From: Camelus dromedarius
Taxonomy: Eukaryota
Assembly (NCBI RefSeq): GCF_036321535.1
Contig: NC_087437.1
Coordinates: 28,212,001 to 28,276,000, forward strand
DNA: 64,000 nt
Direction: 5' to 3'
Positions 54,643 to 64,000 of the stretch are shown piece after piece. The notes beneath the pieces were generated by a model. The model did no database searches. It was given only the letters and a program-made list of their open reading frames with translations, and was not told the origin of the DNA. The first letter of the stretch is position 1; every line of letters begins with the position of its first letter. A program made the position numbers and the translations under genes.

Positions 54643-54951
54643 TTTTTTCTTACATATAATTCTTATTTTTTATTGAAGTGTAGTCAGCTTACAATGTTGT
54701 ATCAATTTCTGATGCACAGCATAATGTTTTAGTCATACACATACATACATATATTTGTTTTCGTATTCTTTTTCATTATAGGTTACTACAAGATCTTGAC
54801 TATAGTTCCCTGGGCTATACAGAAGAAACTTGTTGTTTATCTATTTTATATACATTTTATATAAAGTATCTGTATATCTTGAGCTCCCAATTTATCCCTT
54901 CCCAGCCCCGTTCCCCCTTGGTAACCATAAATTTGTTTTCTATGTCTGTGA
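54643..54951 (-). mobile_element. Young L1 3' end
   Basis: Homologous to the 26071 and 31290 copies; TSD cctatg(c/t)atttgat at 54629-54642 and 54952-54965. Confidence 0.92.
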
Positions 54952-55069
54952 CCTATGTATTTGATGTTGCATTTTTCACACTTTCCTAGGTTAAGGGATC
55001 ATAGGATGAATTAAATGAGAAAAATACATTACTGTAAGAATGTAAGAAAATGAAAAAATGAGTTTTTTT

Positions 55070-56490
55070 ACTGCTAATCTGAAAACTCAAATAATGTGTT
55101 TTTTTTCTTTACTCCAGCTACTTTTGGGGTTTTTATTCTTTTAATTTTTTCATCAATTTTACTACAATGTGCCTAGATGTGATATTTCTGGTATTTGTCA
55201 TTTTAGGGAGTAGTAGTGCTTTGTAAAACCATGTCTTGGTATCTTTATTCAGCTTTAGAAAATGTTTTGTCAGTGTCTATTCAACTACTGCTTCAGTCCC
55301 ATTCTCCCTCTCTTCTGTTTCTCTTCTACACATGGTACATCTTGTCTGATATTCCTTATGTCTCCTAATCCCTTTCTGTATTTTCCATCCTTCTTTTCTC
55401 CTTGTGTTTCAGTCTGGTTATTTTATACTGACCTACACTTCTCTTTTCTTGTATCTAATCTGCTGATAATTTAATCACTGAGTGCTGAATTTCAGCTGTT
55501 GTATCCTTCAATTCTAAGACTTCTAGTTAATTGTTTTGTATATATTTCCATACTTTCTGAAATTCTACATCTTGCCATCTATTTTACTGAACGTATGAGT
55601 TACAGTTATTTTAAGTCTGTTTTATTATTTCAATAACTAGATTATCTGTGGGTCTCTTTCTAGCACCTATTTCTCTCTCTCTCTCTTTCTTTTTTTTTTT
55701 TTTTTTATTGTTTGGTTCTGTTCTCTTTCAGGCCTGGTGTTGTTGTGTTTAATTGAATGTTGAGCTTTGTATGACTGCAAGGTAAGAAACTCTGGATGAC
55801 ATTGTCCATTGATTCATTCTAGCCAGTAGTTAGAGCTGGGGCAGATTCTTTTGATTTAATCAGGGATAGATACATTCTGAGAACAGATTTCAAACTTGGT
55901 GAGAGCTGAAATATTTTCAGTTTGCCCATATTCCTAAAAATTTGTGGAGTTACCGTTGCCTCTCCTCCTCAGCAGACTCTGATTTCCAATTTGTGTTCCT
56001 CCAGTGCTGTGAGACTGCTAAAAAGTTTTTCTTAGCCTTTTTGCTTGCTTTCTTCTTAGTTTCTCAGTCTCTTACACTCTGGCAATTTCATGTTGACAAA
56101 CGCCTCACAGACAAGAATGTTGGCCTCACCTCTCTACAAATCCATTTTCTTGAGATCATGGTCCTTTGGGTCTGGCCTACCTTAGTAGTCATTATGGTTT
56201 TAACTCCTCATCCCAAGAGCATGGCAAAAATTCTGACCAGACACTTTCTGCTTAAACTCTGTGACCCATGCTATGAAAAGGCAAATAATATCAAATTCTT
56301 CAGTGGAAAAGAAGCTAAACAAGCATACTTCTCTCAGTGTGTTTCCCTTCTCTTTTGGATCTCCAATCCTTGCTGCCTCAATTGATCTGTAATGCCTAAA
56401 TAAGCTAAAAAAAAAAAAAAAACTGAGATTTTACAATAGATTCTAAATAGAGGATTTGTGTGATACAAGCTATTCCATCAGAGATGGAAA
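55070..56490 (-). mobile_element. Old L1/HAL1-like ORF1 and 5' region, decayed
   Basis: 'ttactacaatgtgcctagatgtgat', 'ctgcttcagtcccattctccctctcttct' are typical antisense ORF1-region phrases. Confidence 0.6.
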
Positions 56491-56933
56491 ATATTTGGAA
56501 CCAATTTTTTGACCTTTGGTTTTCCCTCTAGTCCTGACTTTTTATGTGGACTACATTGTGCCAATTTAAAGTTTTTCTTAATAAACTAGTGAACATTTTC
56601 TTATGTAACATTTTAGAAACACTGTCAAGTTTCTATAAAAAAAATGCTACTTAGTTGCTTTGACTCTGATCAACAGGGAAGAAGTTGGGGAGAGAGACAT
56701 GAATTCATCCCTACAGGATAATTTTTTTTAAGTGCTTGGAGGGTAGTATATAAGAGAATTTGTTAAATTGAACATTTTTGTTTTGTTTTCCTTAAATAGC
56801 AATCCCAAAGGAATTAAATTACATTTTGGCCAGCTTCTTACATTTATTTGCCAATGGACAAGTCCAAATATGAAGGAATTCTCTTTTTATTTGGACTGAT
56901 ATAATTAGCCTGTCTAAAAATAGATTATTTATA

Positions 56934-58225
56934 TAAGCATACCTTGGAGATCTTGAGGATTTGGTTCTGGACCACCACAATAAAGCAATTATCACAAAAA
57001 AAAGCAAGTTACATGAATTTTTTGTTTTCCCAGTGCCTGTAAATTTACATTTACACTACACTGTAGTCTATTAAGTGTTCAATACAGTATGTCTAAAAAA
57101 TCAATGTATATACCTTAATTAAAAAGTACTTTATTGCTAAAAAAAAAAAATGCTAACCATCACCTGAGCCCTCTATGAGTCACAATTATTTTGTTGGCCT
57201 TAGCTTGATGTCGATTGCTGCTGACTGATCAGGGTGGTGGCTCCTGAAGTTTGGGATGGCTGTGGCAATTTCTTAAAAGAAGACAGAAATAAAGTTTGCT
57301 GTGTTGATTGACTCTTCCTTTCATGAAAGTTTTCTTTGTAGCATGCAATGCTGTTTGATAGCATTTTACCCATTGACCTTCTTTCAAAATTGGAATCAGT
57401 CCTCTTTAACCCTGCTGCTGCTTTATCAATTAAGTTTACGAAATACTCTAAATCCTTTGTTGTCATTTCTGCACTCTTCACAGCATCTTCACCGGAGTAG
57501 ATTCTATATCAATAAATCATTTTCTTTGTTCATCCATAAGAAGGATTCTTATACTCCTCATCCCTTAGAGTTTGATTTTGAGATTAGAACAATGTGGTCA
57601 TATCTTCAGGCACCACTTCTAATTCTAGTTCTCTTGCTATTTCCACCACATCTGCAGTTACTCCCTTCACTGAAGTCTTGAACCCCTCAAAGTCATCCAT
57701 GAGAATTGGAACCAACTCCTTCCAAACTCCTGTTCATGTTGATATTTTGACCTTGTCCGTGAACCATGAATGTTCTTCATGGCATTTAGAATGGTGAATC
57801 CTTTCCAGAAAGTTTTCAATTGACTTTGCCCAGATCCATCAGAGGAATCACTATCTATGGACATAGCCTTAAAAATGTATTTATTAAATAATAAGACTTG
57901 AAAGTTGGAATTACTCCTTTATCTATGGGCCACAGAATGAGTATTGTTTTAGCAGGTATGAAAACATTAATCTCATTGTACATTTCCATCAGAGCTCTTG
58001 GGTGACCAGGTGAATTGTCAATGAGCAGTCATATTTTGAAAGGAATCTTTTTCTGAACAGTAGGTCTCAACAGTGGGCATGAAATATTCAGTAAGCCATG
58101 TTGTAAACAGATGTGTGGTCATCTGGGCTTTTGGTTCCAGATAGCATAATTCTGAAGGACCCTAGGATTTTCAGAATGGTAAATGAACTTTGGCTTCAAC
58201 TTAAAGCCATCAGCTACATTAGCCT
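56934..58225 (-). mobile_element. Tigger1 (TcMar) DNA transposon, 3' part with frameshifted transposase
   Basis: TIR-like 'taagcataccttggagat...gaccaccacaataaagc' after TA; peptides '[30 protein letters not shown]...[11 protein letters not shown]' and '[25 protein letters not shown]' match Tigger1/TIGD1-type transposase. Confidence 0.95.
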
Positions 58226-61200
58226 CTAAGTAAGGCATATTTAGCCTTGCATATCAATTTTATGGTCTTTTAACATTTTAAAAACTGCTAGAGGGGGTTT
58301 GCTTTTAAGCTTCAGAAAATTCTAGAGGCTTATTGTTTCTTCATGATTCACCTGAGGATAGCTAAGAGTTGAGTTGTTCGTGGTTACCTGAAAAGTCAGG
58401 AATGTAGCTCAATTTTTAATCTATCATTCACTGTCTTCTTTCTAAATTCCACAGCATTTATTAATTAGCTATAGAAAATAATCAAACAAAACAGATTTTA
58501 TCTTTAACATGCTTATTAGTTTAATCAAATTTGTGCTGAAATGGAAAAATTAATAAAAATTGTATTATTTCATCTTTGCTCTTCTTTGAATATTTCTATT
58601 CAATTGTTAGTGTAATTTCTGATCAATAAGAATATTTGTCTTATTTTTGCTCCTATGGACCATTAATGAAAATGGTGATGCAGAGTAGGATGGTTACCTA
58701 CTGCAATAGCAATATTTAATCTAATATAATACTGTTTTTATATTCTTCAAGGATTCTCACAGATATACACCTAGATGGATAAGAAACTGATTGTTAAAAG
58801 AGAGAATACAAGAAACCATAAAACACAAAATGAAGAGATATGACTGATGGAGATGTGAAAAAAATACAGAGAATATTCCGTTTTGTTTTCAACCACTCAG
58901 TAAGGCTGTATAGAGCAGATGACATTTCCTAAGAAGAAAAATAGATATTTTGATCATTTGACAAAGCGACAGCATTTTAAAAGCAATTTTGATTCATTTG
59001 TAGACTTATCCTAATTTTAGATTCTCTTTGTATTTTTTAATTTGCTAGTAGAGTATAATTAGAAACAAATGTAAATCTGCTTTAAGAATCTTGACATGTA
59101 GCACTTCATTTTAACAATACTTTTCTTACAGTGTCATTTCCTTTTATAGTCATTAGACATTTAATTTTTTTTAACTTTCACAGAAAAGAATAAAAAACAG
59201 TATTATAATAACTGACAACTCAAAGACAACAAAGGGACCCCAAGTTGCAGACAGCTAAATAAACATAAAAAGAAAGTTACATACTGCTCCTAAGAAGAAT
59301 TATATTATAGCTGTAAAAATACAAATGGCTCAATCTGCATTATCTTTTGTTGATCCAACAGCTTGTTGCTATAAAAATACTGACAATTATAAATATAGTC
59401 CTTTCTCTTCTGCCAATGAAGCTATCATATCTTCTTATGAAAGTCACAAGTGAGAGATGAATTTGACATCCTGGGTAGGAAATTGAATAGAAGCAAGAAA
59501 TCAAGTAGAAATTCATATCACTCCTCTGACTCTCATAGGCACATGTGAAAGTGACTTCCATAATGGCAAGATTTTCTGAGAACATTAAATTAGACTTTTA
59601 AGGACATGTTTATTCCAAATCAATATGATTCAAGAGATTAAAAAAATTCATGCCTTTTGAGAATAATGCATAGTGTCATTTTGAATAGGCAAGCCATACT
59701 TATGAAATGTCTTAAAAAACAAAGAATAGAACAGAGGAAAATATTAAATTTGCTTTTATTATGAAATCTTCCCAGAGTTTAACTAAATTTAAAATTGAAA
59801 TAACTTCATTATTTTTATATTCATTGCCAAATGTTTATTGAATCCCTAGCAAGTATAGAACAGAGAATTAAGTGTTATCAGCCCAAAGAGATATGGTAGT
59901 CTCTACCTGCTGGTGCACACTGTCTGGTTGGAAAGGAGAAAGTTAAGTTTTAATTGACAGATGTTCCTATTACCTATATTACTCTCTTGCCCTCTTTGGA
60001 GCCATGCAATTCTAATAATTCTTTGGGCTTTCATTTAATATAAATTTTCATTTCTTCTTCTTAGGACAAGGCAAGACAATGAAAACTGCAGAAAAATCTC
60101 CCTTAAATTTCAGTGCATCAAACCCCACTGTGTCTTCAGCAAGGACTTCAGGGATCAGTAACTCCCTACTGAAATCAGAAACTAATGATCAATGTGTTTT
60201 GATTTAAGTTTGTGCTATAGTATTAGAAGCCCCCAATTTAGAATTATTAGACAAATCCTAACTTATTTTTTAAAGCTACATTATTTGCATAATGTGAATC
60301 ACACTGTGTGGTCACCTAGCAACTGTTTATTTGATATGAAATTTTAACCTAAAACAGACATTTTTCCCCATGACTAAATTCTATTTCAAGCCTATCACAT
60401 CTAATTAATTTTCACATGCATTCCCTGACAGAAACATAATAACTTAAACCAGAATAGGCAGGAGGCAGGTCTGCTTATAGCACAAGCTGTAGTCAGGACT
60501 GTAGCATCAGGTGCTGGGTCGTACTCACTGGCTCCGGACAATGTTAAGGACGTTATTTCATCAACCATGTTCAGAATGAGAAGAAAATCCATGAGAAAAG
60601 TTACTGACATAATAACAGAAAAACTAGATGTGTTCTTTGTCCTTTTCTTTTCTGGGCTTCCTTGTTATATAGCACTCTTCACATTTTTTTGTAATGGTTT
60701 CTGTGCTTTTTTCCTATCCAACTAAAGTGTAAGTTTTTTAAGTGAGTAAAGGCTGTATTACTAATCAAGGTGTAGGCAAAGTGCTTAGATCACAGTAGAT
60801 CTCAAAAATGGTTAAATGGATGAATGAGATGAGAACCTAAGATGGTATGATAGCTATCAGAGAAATGAGCAAGTAGTTAATAATGTCATAGAATCTTGAG
60901 GCTCATGGTTTTATACAGCCTGACACAATTAAGGAACAAGAAGTGTAAAAGCTTGGTATTCATCTAGAGCTGGAAAATTACTAGCCATGATCTTGTGATT
61001 TTTTTAGAATAGATATTTTATGAATGCTAAAAGAAAGAATGAACAATTCCCAAGCAACCCTGGCACTCACAATTCGGAGTTATTTGAAGTTTTGCTCCAT
61101 CACAAATTTGAATCTCATGTATTCTGAGTGAGCTGGTGAGTCACTTAGCTGGTGATGGAGCCTAACTGTGAACATCCCAGCTGACAGTTTGTCTTTGCTG

Positions 61201-62079
61201 TGAGCTCTGAAAGTTTGGCCCTCCCGGCTCTCAGGCTGTAATATTCTGTATGTCCCTTGACATAATGAAAGAGAGAAAGCACAACTTTGTCAATCGTTTA
61301 CCATCTACCTCTCAGAGCAACTTTGATTTTCTCTGCACATAATTATGTACACAGCAACCCTCACAAAGTGATTAAAAAACTTCCTTTCAGTGTGAACATT
61401 GCAGTGCAGGAGAACTTTTCATGAAAGTTTAAAAGGTTGTGAGATAATAAGAGGAGAAGACATATTATTCTCTGGAAATGGCATTTAGACAAAAGCCAGG
61501 AACCTATGCAAACATTGTGGTCTGCATAAATATCAGGTTTCAAGAAAATTTTTAGATTTATCATTCATGAATTGCACAAGCTTAATGTTTGTGAAAGAAT
61601 AAAGGAAAGAATACTTGGGAAGCAGAGGAAATGTATTTTATTGAACATCCACATCAAGGTCGCCTATGAGAAACTTGTCTTGCAAAGCAAGTGATAATTT
61701 AACAAAGTTCAGAGAATCTGACCCTTTTCCAAAGGTACAATAAGCAAGAGGTCTGTTTTGGTTGAGACAAAATCAGACAAAAGATAAACATTGAAGAAAC
61801 TAACACCATGATTTCTAATTATAGAAAAGCAACAAAAGGTAGAAATTACAAGAGAAAGAAGAGACAAATTCAGAGGTAAAACCAGAAGCAGTGAAAGCTT
61901 AAATGCAAAACAGCATCATACTCATTAGAATTGTCTATTAGAATTGTCTTGTGCAAATTATATCAGAAAGCGTCATGGAATTGAAGGCACATATAGATCC
62001 AATCAAGTGACAAATTACATGCAGTTTCTTAAAAAATGTGAACACTATACTTGTGCTGATTATCAACAATATTTATAGC

Positions 62080-62280
62080 TCTCCTTCTGTACACCTGTCA
62101 CAATTGTGCTTTATTATTTAAATTATTATTTGTATAATGACAATTTTCCCAATAGACAGAAAACTCCAACAGGTAAAGACTATGCCTGACTTGCTCACCA
62201 TTGAATCCCCAGTGCCTACTACAGAGAATGACACAGAATAGGCACTTTAAAAAATACCTTACTGAGCTGGTAAATAAATA
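62080..62280 (+). mobile_element. L2 3' end
   Basis: 'ttgctcaccattgaatccccagtgcctactacagagaatgacacagaataggcact'. Confidence 0.7.
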
Positions 62281-62576
62281 GTGATCTGCATTGATTCTGT
62301 AAGGAATTCAAGTGTCAAAAAGACTCATCTTGGGTGTCATTAAACACTTTAAATTTGAAAAGTAAATGGAGTTGTGACTCCTAGCCTACTTCTAACTGAA
62401 TAGATCCAGGAACTAGGAAGGGGGAGATGTACATCTGGCAGGAGTGCTCCCACTGGGCTGCTCAGACACTAGCTTGCTTTCTGCTACCTGGACATATTTA
62501 AATCCAAACCTAGCTGAAAAATTAAATTCAACTGCATGAATGACTTCTTTTTCTTTCAACTTGGGCATTTATCTTT

Positions 62577-62777
62577 GTGGTTCTCAAAGTGTGGTTCCTC
62601 ACACAACAGCATCAGCATTACTGTTGATTACAGCATTACCTGTAAACTTGGTTAGAGATGCGTACGTTCTGGCCCCAGATCAGACTACTCAGTTGTAAAC
62701 TGGGAATGAGGCCCAGCAATCTGTATTTAACAAGCTTCCGGGTGATGGTAAGGCAGGGTGAAGCTTGAGAAAATACT
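62577..62777. mobile_element. MER5A DNA transposon
   Basis: 'gtggttctcaaagtgtggttcc...cagcatcagcatta...gaggcccagcaatctgtatttaacaagc'. Confidence 0.8.
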
Positions 62778-63059
62778 AAGTGAAGTGAGAATTACTATAA
62801 ACAAAGTATTTTCTGAGTTATCATCCCACATCTCTGGTTATTAGGGGTCCACAATGAGCAATGTTGTAACTCTGGTTATGGAATCCCCTTCAGCATCTGG
62901 ACTCCAAGCCTTTCAAGGGCAACAAATGAGTAACAACTGCAGTTGTGCTTCTTTAATTTTGGAGGAAGTAGGACAGAACTTTAAAGTATTATTGATTGAA
63001 CATACAATTGGCCTAATAATCTATGCCATCTTCAGATACTTTTAAGAATAAAGGAAATG

Positions 63060-63076
63060 AGGGGAGGGTAAAAAAA
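63060..63076 (+). mobile_element. Micro-insertion: SINE-head-like GGGGAGGGTA plus oligo(A)
   Basis: Perfect 16-bp direct repeat aagaataaaggaaatg at 63044-63059 and 63077-63092, preceded by TTTT. Confidence 0.7.
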
Positions 63077-63174
63077 AAGAATAAAGGAAATGTACTAGTA
63101 GGAAAAAGGAAATAGGACTTTACCAGTTCAACCTCTAACTCCATGTGAGTACTTTGTTCTCTAGGTTCCCCCTT

Positions 63175-64000
63175 TTAAACAACATATCACACGTATTTAA
63201 AGTATGCAATTTAATTAGTTTTCACATATGCGTACACAGTGTGAAACATCACCACAATCAAGATAGTGAATATATCACTAACCCCCAAAGGGTTCTTGTC
63301 ATCATTCCCATCCAGCTTCCCTGTCCTTCTCCCATCTCCAGGCAACACTGATGTTTTCTGTCTCTATCAATTAGTTTTCATGTTTAGAATATTATATAAC
63401 TGGAATCACACAGTATTTATTCTTTCTTGTCTTGATTCTACCACTCAGCATAATGATTTTAAGAGTCATCTATTTCATTGTGTGTATCAATTGTTCATTC
63501 TTTTTCATTGCTGAGAAGTATTCCAATATACTTTGCTAATCCTTTCACTTGTCAATAGACATTTCAGTTATTTATAGTGTGGGATATTACAAATAAAGCT
63601 GTTATGGGAATTTATATATAATTCTTTGTATGAATATATGCTTTTCATTTTTCATGAAAAACTATCAAACTCTCAAAGTAGTTATATCATTTTTCATCCC
63701 TACAAGCAGTTTATGTAATTTCCAGTTTTTCCACTTTATTTCCAGCATTTAGTATGGTCAATCTTTTTAATTTCACCCATTATAATGTTATCTCATTGTG
63801 GTTTTAATTTCATTTCTTTATTGGTTAATCACAAACTTCTTTTCAAGAACTTAATTGCCATAGCTGTATCTTTTTTGGTCAAGTGCCTATTCAAATCTTT
63901 TGCCTGTATTTTATTTTTATTGTTTTACCTTTTACTATTGAATTTTCAGAGTTCTTAGTAAATCCAGGATATAAGTTCTTTACCACATAAGTAATATGCT
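63175..64000 (-). mobile_element. Old L1M (L1MB/MC-like) 3' region, running off the window end
   Basis: 'gtgaaacatcaccacaatcaagatagtgaatatatc', 'caggcaacactgat', 'aagtgcctattcaaatcttttgcc'. Confidence 0.85.

Noticed and set aside
55942..56385. Longest ORF in the track (147 aa)
   Set aside because: Lies antisense within decayed L1/HAL1-like sequence; no protein-family signal.
57200..57864. TIGD1-like protein-coding gene
   Set aside because: Fragmented by frameshifts and stops, N-terminal part missing, adjacent TIR; decayed Tigger1.

Overview
AT-rich, CpG-depleted mammalian genomic DNA. It is most likely camelid (alpaca/camel), inferred from tRNA-Ala-derived vic-1-type SINEs and the young L1 3' ends. 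I recognise no protein-coding gene, so the window looks intronic or intergenic. The supplied ORFs are chance frames, microsatellite translations or decayed transposon pieces (e.g. Tigger1 transposase). Much of the window is interspersed repeat: old L1M, L2, MIR, MaLR/ERVL/ERV1 LTRs and MER/Tigger DNA transposons, plus lineage-specific L1 and SINE insertions with visible target-site duplications (TSDs). Repeat family names come from my recall of consensus sequences, not from a database search, and old-repeat boundaries are approximate. I found no evidence for a new multi-gene system. The most unusual items are small retroposition fossils and one regulatory LTR: (1) a tailless 37-nt 5'-half of tRNA-Ser(GCU) ending in the anticodon loop, with a 16-bp TSD (5755-5791); (2) a 17-nt SINE-head-plus-oligo(A) micro-insertion in a perfect 16-bp TSD (63060-63076); (3) a solo ERV1-type LTR with eight CCAAT boxes and an octamer (16500-17087); (4) two twin-primed inverted L1s.
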